A stretch of DNA of 64,000 nt. Origin: a virus. Lineage: Duplodnaviria; Caudoviricetes. Below the pieces are notes generated by a model, which ran no database searches, had not been told where the DNA came from, and saw nothing but the letters and a program-made list of their open reading frames with translations. Position 1 is the stretch's first letter; every line of letters begins with the position of its first letter. Shown one piece after another: positions 1-7,942 of this stretch. Both the position numbers and the translations under genes were made by a program. Location: positions 64,001 through 128,000 of IMG/VR virus record IMGVR_UViG_3300032334_001433; one strand, given 5' to 3'.

Positions 1-1
1 A

Positions 2-196
2 TATGCATCTCGACCAGAACAACAATGTACTAATTGTCAGTCAACAAATCACGAATCTATTATTGGTGCTCCGGCACTAGGAGATGCTGTTCGTCTAGGT
101 GTAACTAAACCAGATGGCGGCTTCAAAGAAGTCTTATCTAAAATTCATTCAAATAACTACAAAAGTAACTTAGGAGATAAGTTATCTAGGAGTTAG
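2..196 (+). CDS. 3' end of small zinc-ribbon (FmdB-like) protein, partial
   Basis: Open frame from the window start, YASRPEQQCTNCQ...GAPALGDAVRLGVTKPDGGFKEVLSKIH..., ending TAG at 194-196; CxxC motif. Not in the ORF track. Confidence 0.55.
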   Translation, partial: YASRPEQQCTNCQSTNHESIIGAPALGDAVRLGVTKPDGGFKEVLSKIHSNNYKSNLGDKLSRS

Positions 197-254
197 ACTT
201 ATATTATGAGGGTGGGATAGAAATATCCTAAATATAAACTAACCGAGACTTTGC

Positions 255-1025
255 ATGGCGACTAAACGTTCAAACAATACGACAGCGGCGTATTCTGAAA
301 ACTTATCAACAACTAAAGATCATAAACAAGGAACAAGAACAAATAATACTTTAAAATTGAGATTAGACGATCTCAAAACTTTTGCTCCGTTAACGGATAA
401 TCAAAAGGATTTCTTTAATGCATATAAAAGAGGTGATTATTTTGTAGCATTGCACGGAGTTGCAGGTACAGGTAAAACATTTATTGCATTATATAAAGCA
501 TTAGAAGAAGTACTAGATAAAAGTAATCCTTTTAATAAGATTATTATAGTACGTTCTGCAGTACAATCAAGAGAAATAGGCCATCTGCCTGGAGATGTTT
601 CTGAAAAAATGGAAATCTACCAGCAACCATATCGTCAGATATGCGAAACATTTTTCGGCCGTAAAGACGCTTGGGATAGATTAGAAGAACAAGGTCACAT
701 AGAATTCATTTCAACAAGTTTCATTAGAGGCATGAGTTTCGATGATGCAATCATCATTGTAGATGAAATGCAAAATATGAATTTTGAAGAGATTGATACT
801 GTAATGACTCGCGTAGGATACCGATCTAAAATTATTTGGTGCGGTGATTATAGACAAACCGATTTAAGAAAAGCTGGCGATAAAACAGGAATTTTAAAGT
901 TCTTCGATATTGCGGCAAAGATGCAAGCATTCACTCGTATAGAATTTACTGCAGATGACATTGTTCGTTCATCACTAGTAAAAGACTATATCTTAGCAAA
1001 ACTTGATTACGAGGACAATATATAA
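255..1025 (+). CDS. phoH: PhoH-family ATPase
   Basis: Walker A GVAGTGKT, IIVRSAV, LPG, RGMSFDDAIIIVDEMQN, GDYRQTD and DIVRS motifs. Confidence 0.93.
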   Translation: MATKRSNNTTAAYSENLSTTKDHKQGTRTNNTLKLRLDDLKTFAPLTDNQKDFFNAYKRGDYFVALHGVAGTGKTFIALYKALEEVLDKSNPFNKIIIVRSAVQSREIGHLPGDVSEKMEIYQQPYRQICETFFGRKDAWDRLEEQGHIEFISTSFIRGMSFDDAIIIVDEMQNMNFEEIDTVMTRVGYRSKIIWCGDYRQTDLRKAGDKTGILKFFDIAAKMQAFTRIEFTADDIVRSSLVKDYILAKLDYEDNI

Positions 1026-1070
1026 CGTATTAATTATGTCTCATGCGAATAACAATTATAAGGAGACAAA

Positions 1071-1709
1071 ATGGCTGACAGTTTTGATTTTAATTTTACA
1101 GAGGATCATCTAAGACATCTATTGCCAAAAGTTAAAAATATCTCAGAATGGTATACTGCAATTGTAGAAACACTTCCGCAGTATGATATTTACGACATAG
1201 GTAGAGTTGCGGCATTTATTGCCCAGTGTGCTCATGAATCGGGTGGGTTTACTCTTGTTCAAGAAAACTTGAACTATAGCGCAGATGGTTTGCAGAAAAT
1301 ATTTGGGAAGTATTTTCCAAATCACGAAATTGCTGCTCAATATGCAAGACAACCTGAAAAAATTGCTAATAGAGTGTATGCAAACAGAATGGGTAATGGA
1401 GATGAGGCAAGTGGCGATGGTTGGAAATATAGAGGACGTGGTCTAATTCAACTAACAGGAAAGTCTAATTATACAAAATGCTCAGAAGCATTCTTTGATG
1501 ATCATACTTTGTTAGACAATCCCGATATATTATTACAACCATACTATGCTTTAAATTCTGCATGCTGGTTCTGGAATGCAAATAATTTAAATGAATTAGC
1601 TGATACTCAAGATTTAAAAATGATGACTAAAAAAATTAATGGCGGTTTTATTGGTCTTGAAGATCGTATTGCCCATTACAATCATGCGGTGGACGTATTA
1701 CAAGGATAA
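1071..1709 (+). CDS. Glycoside hydrolase family 19 endolysin/chitinase-like
   Basis: AAFIAQCAHESGGF, ENLNYS, YRGRGLIQLTG and INGG..GLEDR motifs. Confidence 0.9.
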   Translation: MADSFDFNFTEDHLRHLLPKVKNISEWYTAIVETLPQYDIYDIGRVAAFIAQCAHESGGFTLVQENLNYSADGLQKIFGKYFPNHEIAAQYARQPEKIANRVYANRMGNGDEASGDGWKYRGRGLIQLTGKSNYTKCSEAFFDDHTLLDNPDILLQPYYALNSACWFWNANNLNELADTQDLKMMTKKINGGFIGLEDRIAHYNHAVDVLQG

Positions 1710-1712
1710 TTG

Positions 1713-2372
1713 ATGATATTTAATCATGTTAAGGTGAAAGAGTTTGAAAAATTAGAGCAAGTTACCTTACCAAATGGTACAAGGCATTACGTAACACCGA
1801 AGGGCAAAAAATATCCTTCGGTGACTACGGTTCTTGGTGCTCAAAGCAAACAAGGTATTCTCGAGTGGCGTAAAAAAGTCGGCGAAGAAGAAGCAAACCG
1901 GATTTCTCGTGCAGCTACAAGTCGAGGAACTAAATTGCATACGCACGTTGAAAATTATTTGAACAATGTAAATGCAATAGATTCAATGTCAATGTTTCAA
2001 AGAGAATTATTTGACAGTATTCTTAATGATTTACATAGAATTGATAATATTCATTTGCAGGAAGAAAGATTATACTCGGATCATTTGCGAATGGCGGGTA
2101 CAGTTGACTGTATTGGTGAGTTTGATGGCAAATTAGCAGTCATTGACTTCAAAACTGCAGGTCGACAAAAGGAAAAACAGTGGATTCATAGCTATTTTAT
2201 GCAATGCGCGGCATATGCAATCATGTATGAGGAAAGAACCGGCATTCCAATCAACAAATTGGTGGTATTGATAGCAGTAGAAGGGGATTCTCCTCAAGTT
2301 TTCATTGAAAAACGTGATAACTGGGTCGCAGAGCTGCTAAAATGTCGGGATTCTTACGAAAATGGACAATAA
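1713..2372 (+). CDS. Cas4-like PD-(D/E)XK exonuclease of T4-like phages
   Basis: YPSVTTVL, RGTKLH, AGTVDCI, IDFKT and Q..AYA motifs. The ORF track starts at TTG 1710; ATG is at 1713. Confidence 0.8.
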   Translation: MIFNHVKVKEFEKLEQVTLPNGTRHYVTPKGKKYPSVTTVLGAQSKQGILEWRKKVGEEEANRISRAATSRGTKLHTHVENYLNNVNAIDSMSMFQRELFDSILNDLHRIDNIHLQEERLYSDHLRMAGTVDCIGEFDGKLAVIDFKTAGRQKEKQWIHSYFMQCAAYAIMYEERTGIPINKLVVLIAVEGDSPQVFIEKRDNWVAELLKCRDSYENGQ

Positions 2373-2376
2373 AAGC

Positions 2377-2405
2377 TTGACATTTTTCTAAATTTCTGTT
2401 ATAAT
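2377..2405 (+). promoter_or_regulatory. Sigma70-type early/middle promoter
   Basis: TTGACA (2377-2382), 17-nt spacer, extended TGtTATAAT (-10 at 2400-2405). Confidence 0.8.
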
Positions 2406-2406
2406 A

Positions 2407-2414
2407 TATAAAAT
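2407..2414 (+). promoter_or_regulatory. T4-type late promoter
   Basis: TATAAATA directly behind the sigma70 promoter, followed by an AGGAG RBS. Confidence 0.65.
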
Positions 2415-2425
2415 AGGAGAAAAAA

Positions 2426-2722
2426 ATGAAAAAACTACTTTTTCTAGCAATTTTTGCATTCACAGTTTTGGCAAATGCTCAATGGCACCACAGACATTGG
2501 GAGCCAAGGACAGTTATTGTTGAACGCAGTGATTGGGTAGCACCACTAATTATCGGTGGTATTGCCGGCGCAGTAATTGCAAACCAAAATCAACCACAAC
2601 CTGTGGTTGTTCAACAGCAACCAGTAATTGTACAACAACCTCAAACCGTTTGTACTGACTGGAAAGAAATTCAAACACCTGATGGCAAAATTTATCGCGA
2701 AAGAAATTGCTATCAACGATAA
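2426..2722 (+). CDS. Small exported protein with glycine-zipper-like segment
   Basis: AGGAG RBS; signal peptide MKKLLFLAIFAFTVLANA; hydrophobic PLIIGGIAGAVIA; Q/P/V-rich linker; C-terminal Cys pair. Confidence 0.7.
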   Translation: MKKLLFLAIFAFTVLANAQWHHRHWEPRTVIVERSDWVAPLIIGGIAGAVIANQNQPQPVVVQQQPVIVQQPQTVCTDWKEIQTPDGKIYRERNCYQR

Positions 2723-2744
2723 AATTATATACTTATGATCTCGG

Positions 2745-3143
2745 ACACGGCTAGGCTGTGCAATTAGACAAGATCCCGCTTCTTAGTGGGTACGGGAGGG
2801 CAGATCTCCCTAAGTATATTTTTATTGCTGTATGAAGCAAAGAGAAAAGTGTTCTGGACGCGGGTTCGACTCCCGCCAGGTCCACCATAAAGAGTATTGT
2901 TCGCACCAAATAATAGCGAAAAAAATAGTGGCGTAGTTCCGGACTATGGATCATTAGCAGTATTCTTTATAATGGGCCTGCCCTGGTTTCGACAGAGCAA
3001 AGAGTAACAGAGTGGACAGCACATCAGCAACGATGTAAAAAGAAGAAAAACCGTAAACGCAAACGACGAATTGTTCGCATTAGCAGCCTAAACACTGCTT
3101 AGGGTTTCGGTAGGTTTCCTCGTAACAGAATAACCTACCAATA
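2745..3143 (+). ncRNA. ssrA: Circularly permuted (two-piece) tmRNA gene; outer boundaries approximate
   Basis: T-arm GCGGG-TTCGACT-CCCGC (2860-2876), acceptor 3' strand CAGGTCC-A-CCA (2877-2887), 86-nt spacer, then 5' strand GGGCCTG (2974-2980) giving a 7-bp stem with G3.U70. Tag frame GCA AAC GAC GAA TTG TTC GCA TTA GCA GCC TAA (3059-3091) encodes ANDELFALAA. Helix agcag/ctgct encloses the stop codon. Confidence 0.92.
3109..3143 (+). repeat. Hairpin element copy 1 (GGTAGGTT...AACCTACCAATAT)
   Basis: 8-bp stem 3109-3116/3132-3139; near-identical arms recur at 3615-3653. Confidence 0.7.
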
Positions 3144-3165
3144 TGTTTAACAACAGGAGAAAATT

Positions 3166-3603
3166 TTGATTAAAAAACTTGTACTTGTAGCAGCACTCAT
3201 CGGTGCAGCAACTGTAGCACAATCTACAGAAGTTGGTATCAATGGTGGTACTAACATTAGCTCAAGCGAAAATGTTTGGGGCGTAACTATCGGTCGTAAG
3301 ATCGGTTTTGCGGATGTAACCGGTGGCTTTACTCGCAATATTTCATCAGACACATATAGTGTCGGTACTTACAAAACTCTTACAAAAATTGGTCCAGTAT
3401 CAGTTGCAGTAAAAGGAAGTGGTGCATTTGTTGATAACAAAGTTGATCCAGATGGATATGCAGTAATTGTCGGCGCAGGTGCTTCAGTGCCTTTGGCAAA
3501 TAAGCTATCCGCTACTGTAGACTATTCCTATCAAGCAGGCCAAGATGTTATCAAAGCACAAAATGGTAGCAGAATTACTGCAGGTGTAAAACTTAGTTTC
3601 TAA
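3166..3603 (+). CDS. Small outer-membrane beta-barrel protein (Ail/Lom/OmpA-barrel-like)
   Basis: AGGAG RBS with TTG start; signal peptide; alternating hydrophobic beta-strands; C-terminal GVKLSF beta-signal. Confidence 0.7.
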   Translation: MIKKLVLVAALIGAATVAQSTEVGINGGTNISSSENVWGVTIGRKIGFADVTGGFTRNISSDTYSVGTYKTLTKIGPVSVAVKGSGAFVDNKVDPDGYAVIVGAGASVPLANKLSATVDYSYQAGQDVIKAQNGSRITAGVKLSF

Positions 3604-3614
3604 GTTATAGAGGT

Positions 3615-3653
3615 TTGGTAGGTTGACCAGCATAGCAAATAACCTACCAATAT
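3615..3653 (+). repeat. Hairpin element copy 2
   Basis: TTGGTAGGTT (3615-3624) pairs with AACCTACCAA (3641-3650). Confidence 0.7.
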
Positions 3654-3671
3654 TAATTACATATACGAATA

Positions 3672-4202
3672 ATGAAAACTTATACAAAACCATTTCTATT
3701 ATTTCTATCCACACTATTATTGATAACAGTATTTGTTCAAGTAACAACAGAAAAATTAAATAATTTAAGAGAATCAAAGTTTAAGGATAGTGATATAACC
3801 GTCGCCGTAAGGGAACAACAATTAGATTGCCTGGCACATAATATTTACTATGAAGCAGCAACAGAACCATTTGAGGGCAAAGTTGCAGTTGCTCAAGTAA
3901 CACTTAATAGAGCAGCATCTAGCAAATTTCCAAATGATATTTGCAAGGTAGTATATCAACGCAATATTATTTACGATAAAGTAATTTGTCAATTTAGTTG
4001 GTACTGCGAGACTTCTGCAAAAGCAAAACCAATTTATGCCGCAGCATATAAAGAATCATACGAAGTCGCAAAGAAAGTTCTTTTAGAAGGATTTAGATTA
4101 AAGAGTCTAAATGATGCCATGTATTATCATGCCTCATACGTGTCTCCTAATTGGAATAAACAACAAATTGCAAAAATTGGCAACCATATCTTTTACAAAT
4201 AA
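3672..4202 (+). CDS. SleB-like cell wall hydrolase (Hydrolase_2)
   Basis: N-terminal TM/signal; CLAHNIYYEA, GKVAVAQVTLNR, CQFSW, YYHASYVSPNW and IGNHIFY motifs. Confidence 0.9.
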   Translation: MKTYTKPFLLFLSTLLLITVFVQVTTEKLNNLRESKFKDSDITVAVREQQLDCLAHNIYYEAATEPFEGKVAVAQVTLNRAASSKFPNDICKVVYQRNIIYDKVICQFSWYCETSAKAKPIYAAAYKESYEVAKKVLLEGFRLKSLNDAMYYHASYVSPNWNKQQIAKIGNHIFYK

Positions 4203-4205
4203 ATT

Positions 4206-4514
4206 ATGATTAAATTACCTACACTACAAAATGTTATTGAATACTGCAAGACTACACTAACAGTTGCAACTGCAGAAACTATTGCTTGGATTGGTATTGT
4301 ACTAATTCATGCAGCAACAGTACCGACAATGATTTCATTAATGTCTGGTCTATCAGATAAGATGCCCCCTGTAGATTTTGTCCTATTTGTTTGGGCTGGA
4401 TTGTCTCTTCTATTTGCCCGAGCAGTAATTCTCAAAGATATGTTGACTATTGTTACTATCGGAGCAGGATTTATTGTACATTCTTGTTTTCTTGCCCTAA
4501 TACTATTTAAATAA
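4206..4514 (+). CDS. Small three-TM membrane protein
   Basis: 102 aa with three hydrophobic helices; tightly packed between neighbouring genes. Confidence 0.65.
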   Translation: MIKLPTLQNVIEYCKTTLTVATAETIAWIGIVLIHAATVPTMISLMSGLSDKMPPVDFVLFVWAGLSLLFARAVILKDMLTIVTIGAGFIVHSCFLALILFK

Positions 4515-4515
4515 A

Positions 4516-5040
4516 ATGAGTCTAAAAGATCTAACCCATGCAAAACATAAAGAAGCAGAAACGCAACCGTTTATTAAAGCTATCTTTAAAAAATCAGTAA
4601 CAAGAGAAGAATACGCAGATTACTTATTTCAACTTGGTTTTATATACCATGTATTGGAAGAAGATGTCGGAAACAAATTTGGCTTATTTAACGATATGCC
4701 GGAATTGAAACGATCATCGTATATTAGAGATGACATTAATGAGCTTACCACTCCTACAACTTTATATTCGCCTAAAAAATCTACAGTAGATTATGTAAAT
4801 TATTTACTTGGTATAGACAATGCACAAGATGCAATGGCCCATGTATATGTTCGTCATATGGGAGATTTATTTGGTGGCCAGGCTCTTGCAAAACTTGTGC
4901 CTGGTTCTGGAAAAATGTACAAGTTTGAGAATAAAGAAGAATTAATTAGTAAAGTTAGATCTAAACTAGTTATTGAAATGGCAGACGAAGCAAACATTGC
5001 ATTTGACCACAATATTAATATGGTTAAGGAATATAATTAA
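4516..5040 (+). CDS. hemO: Heme oxygenase (HemO/Ho1-like)
   Basis: Proximal His in THAKHKEAE; AHVYVRHMGDLFGGQ distal-helix signature. Confidence 0.9.
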   Translation: MSLKDLTHAKHKEAETQPFIKAIFKKSVTREEYADYLFQLGFIYHVLEEDVGNKFGLFNDMPELKRSSYIRDDINELTTPTTLYSPKKSTVDYVNYLLGIDNAQDAMAHVYVRHMGDLFGGQALAKLVPGSGKMYKFENKEELISKVRSKLVIEMADEANIAFDHNINMVKEYN

Positions 5041-5714
5041 TGTCTATGGTGTGGGATAAGATGATTCCATTATCGGAATCAATTATTGATAGATTCAAAG
5101 AGTGTGATATTTTACCAATAGATAGTAAATATGAACATTCCGATATTGATTTCACTTGGAAAAATTATCTATTCAAATCTAATAAATTTCGTCGAGCACA
5201 TATCGAAATTGTAGATGCCAGAGAATCTAAAAAGATGTGGGTTATGCACATGACAATATTTCCACATCTAAATGATCCTGCACCAATATTTGGTTTTGAT
5301 GTAGTTTGTGGCGCAAATAAGATTACTGGTGCATTCCATGATTTTTCTAAATCTGGCGACAGTGAAATTTATAATTGGTATCAAGATAAAATGTCTTCTA
5401 TAAATTGGAGCAAACCAAGAGAATTGCCAGATTGGGCAAAACGTATTTTTAGTCCAATGATGCTTGCGGCAGGAAATGTTAGTACAGAAGAAGAATTGGA
5501 CAAATTAATTGCTGTTGCTATAGACAATCTAGACTATTACCTTTATAATGTAGGAAATGAAAGCGAAGATAATAGTTATGTTGAGGCATATAACAACTAT
5601 TGTAGCAATCAAAAGTTAAATCATCACACACTAGCAATGATGGTTAATTTAGGTGTAGACGAGACCAATTTTAAAAACTTTATGGATGAAATTTTATTTC
5701 CAGAAATTAAATGA
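5040..5714 (+). CDS. pcyX: Ferredoxin-dependent bilin reductase (PcyX/PcyA-like)
   Basis: FRRAHIE, HMTIFP, PIFGFDVV, GAFHDFS and RELPDWAKRIFSP match the FDBR family; translationally coupled to the heme oxygenase. Confidence 0.8.
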   Translation: MSMVWDKMIPLSESIIDRFKECDILPIDSKYEHSDIDFTWKNYLFKSNKFRRAHIEIVDARESKKMWVMHMTIFPHLNDPAPIFGFDVVCGANKITGAFHDFSKSGDSEIYNWYQDKMSSINWSKPRELPDWAKRIFSPMMLAAGNVSTEEELDKLIAVAIDNLDYYLYNVGNESEDNSYVEAYNNYCSNQKLNHHTLAMMVNLGVDETNFKNFMDEILFPEIK

Positions 5715-5971
5715 ACGAACAAGAAATTTTAACCGATAGTTTAATTATTACAAAAAGATTTAGATCTCCAAACGAGTTTTCTTTGTATATCGAAGAACTT
5801 GTTGCAAAGGAACATATTAGTTATATGGATGCAGTAATTCAGTATTGTAATGAAATTGATATTGATGTTGAATCTGTAGCCAACCTAATTAATAAGTCTT
5901 TAAAAGATAAAATTCAGTATGAAGCCGAAGAACAAAACTATATGAAACCAAGGGGCAAACTGCCACTATGA
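5711..5971 (+). CDS. gp33: gp33-like late-transcription coactivator
   Basis: FSLYIEELV..ISYMDAVIQYC...LINKSLKDKIQYEAEE; sits before gp59. Confidence 0.8.
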   Translation: MNEQEILTDSLIITKRFRSPNEFSLYIEELVAKEHISYMDAVIQYCNEIDIDVESVANLINKSLKDKIQYEAEEQNYMKPRGKLPL

Positions 5972-6579
5972 CAATGGATGAATTTTCAGTTTATAAAATG
6001 TATATTGCATTGAAGTTACATTTTACAACAGACAAATATGATGTAGTTAAACAACGGGGTAAGGTCAAAGCAAGCCGACAAGCTTTCGCAAAAAGAACTG
6101 ATCTTTTCTCTATTAGAAAAATTTCCAAAACTTATTCCGACGAAGAAGTTGCTAATTTTTTAGTCGCAAATTTTGTTTCTGGCGATCGCTGGGGAGGGAT
6201 GTTTGATATTGATGCAGGCGAAAGATATCAACTTTGGAAAAAGAAAATTGAAAGTTTATCTTATAATTTTTCTCAAGACTTAGATGCACTTATTGCAGAA
6301 ATGAAAGATAAAAATTTAAGTTTATCGGAAATCTTTAATGTGCAATCGGGACAACACCCATATATAATTAAAGCGTTTTTAAGAAAAACAATTAGCATTG
6401 AGACCTTGGTTATATTGGAAAAGCTTAACAAGTACGTGGAAGTTTTTGATAAAGAAATAACTGACACTATAGTTTGGCCCGATATATCTAGATTGATTAA
6501 AAAGTATAAACCATTTTTATCTATAGATACGGAAAAATTTAATGGAATCTTTAGACAACGAATTAGAAACGCAGGGTAG
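5968..6579 (+). CDS. gp59: gp59 helicase loader
   Basis: YKMYIALKLHF..KYD; ISIETLVIL; gp33-gp59-gp32 synteny. Confidence 0.85.
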   Translation: MTMDEFSVYKMYIALKLHFTTDKYDVVKQRGKVKASRQAFAKRTDLFSIRKISKTYSDEEVANFLVANFVSGDRWGGMFDIDAGERYQLWKKKIESLSYNFSQDLDALIAEMKDKNLSLSEIFNVQSGQHPYIIKAFLRKTISIETLVILEKLNKYVEVFDKEITDTIVWPDISRLIKKYKPFLSIDTEKFNGIFRQRIRNAG

Positions 6580-6760
6580 GTTTAAAAAACTAGAGGAAGA
6601 TCTTGTTAGAATGCAAGAACTACTAGCTTACCAACAAGAAGCGATAAAGGATACGCAACGATATTTAATTAAAGTTGCGCACGGTCAACAGGAACTTAGC
6701 AAGCGTTTGCTTGCTTGGCCGTATATCAAAGTTCCGACAAAAAAGACGAAAGATGTTTAA
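6542..6760 (+). CDS. Small coiled-coil hypothetical protein
   Basis: 72-aa ORF with heptad pattern; fills the gap in the operon. Confidence 0.55.
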   Translation: MESLDNELETQGRFKKLEEDLVRMQELLAYQQEAIKDTQRYLIKVAHGQQELSKRLLAWPYIKVPTKKTKDV

Positions 6761-6777
6761 TATTTTTATTTTGCAAA

Positions 6778-6966
6778 ATGGACAATTACAGGAAAAAAGA
6801 TAATTACGAGCGTGAAAAGAAGATTCGCCGGGTAGAAAAGGGCAGTCACAAACTTGACAAGCATCGAAAGATTATATATAATATGACACCATCGAGTAAA
6901 GACGATGATGTATTTGATGAATATCTAGATTATGCATACGAAAATCAAAAAATTAAACGACGTTAA
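6778..6966 (+). CDS. Small charged hypothetical protein
   Basis: ATG at 6778 within ORF 6715-6966; K/R/D/E-rich. Confidence 0.45.
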   Translation: MDNYRKKDNYEREKKIRRVEKGSHKLDKHRKIIYNMTPSSKDDDVFDEYLDYAYENQKIKRR

Positions 6967-7005
6967 TACTACGCACATACTACGCCAATACGAAAGGAAA
7001 TTATC

Positions 7006-7929
7006 ATGGCATTCACATCACTAGCAGATCTACGCAAATCTCGCGGCGGCTTCGATTCTTTAATGAAAGAAGTTGAAAAGATTGCAAATCCCCAATCAGA
7101 ATCTAACAGCAAAAACGACGACCGCTACTGGCAACCAGAAGTTGACAAAGCAGGTAATGGTTATGCTGTTATCCGATTCTTAGCGCCACCAAAAGGCGAA
7201 GAACTTCCATGGGTTCGCATTTGGAATCATGGTTTTCAGGGACCTACTGGAAAATGGTATATTGAGAATTCTTTAACAACTCTTGGTAAACAAGATCCTG
7301 TTTCAGAACTTAATACTGAACTATGGAATTCCGGTTCAGAAGCAAATAAAGAAGTTGCTCGAAAACAAAAACGTAAACTAACTTATATCACAAACATTCT
7401 TGTTGTTCAGGATACTAAACATCCAGAGAATGAGGGTAAAGTATTCTTGTATAAGTTTGGTAAGAAAATCTTTGATAAGATTAAAGACGTTGCAGAGCCA
7501 CAATTTGAGGACGAAAAACCACTTAACCCGTTTGATTTCTGGGAAGGTGCAAACTTCAAGTTGAAGATTCGCAATGTAGAAGGATATCGCAATTATGACA
7601 AATCAGAATTCGATACTCCAAGTCCAGTTTCTAATGATGATTCCATCATCGAGGCAATTTGGTCCAAACAACATTCATTGACAGCGTTCTTGGAACCTAA
7701 GAACTTTAAATCATATGATGAGTTGAAAAAGAAACTTACTATGGTTCTTTCTAATGGTGCACCTCCGGTTAAACCTGCAGAAAGTGTTGATTTAGATGAA
7801 GACGCATCATTCACACGACCAGCAGCTCAAGTTACTCGGACACCAGCACCTACTCCTAAACAGGATGTAAATTTTGACGATGACGACGAGTCTTTGTCAT
7901 ATTTCTCAAAGTTGGCGAGTGACGACTAA
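7006..7929 (+). CDS. gp32: gp32 single-stranded DNA-binding protein
   Basis: DDRYWQPEVDKAGNGYAVIRFL, GKWYIENSLTT, FDFWEGANFKLKIR; acidic tail ending SYFSKLASDD. Confidence 0.95.
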   Translation: MAFTSLADLRKSRGGFDSLMKEVEKIANPQSESNSKNDDRYWQPEVDKAGNGYAVIRFLAPPKGEELPWVRIWNHGFQGPTGKWYIENSLTTLGKQDPVSELNTELWNSGSEANKEVARKQKRKLTYITNILVVQDTKHPENEGKVFLYKFGKKIFDKIKDVAEPQFEDEKPLNPFDFWEGANFKLKIRNVEGYRNYDKSEFDTPSPVSNDDSIIEAIWSKQHSLTAFLEPKNFKSYDELKKKLTMVLSNGAPPVKPAESVDLDEDASFTRPAAQVTRTPAPTPKQDVNFDDDDESLSYFSKLASDD

Positions 7930-7942
7930 TAAAGGAAATAAA

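Noticed and set aside
214-229. GGATA-GAAA-TATCC hairpin before phoH as a terminator
   Set aside because: Short stem with no U-tract; function cannot be supported.
1713-2372. Cas4-like nuclease as evidence of a CRISPR-Cas system
   Set aside because: No repeat-spacer array or other cas genes seen; stand-alone Cas4-like nucleases are common in T4-like phages.
2851-2887. Stand-alone tRNA-Ala
   Set aside because: No D or anticodon arm upstream; the matching 5' strand and tag ORF lie downstream, so it is tmRNA.
2751-2954. 67-aa minus-strand ORF
   Set aside because: Antisense shadow of the tmRNA T-arm/acceptor (MVDLAGVEPASRT is a typical tRNA-antisense translation).
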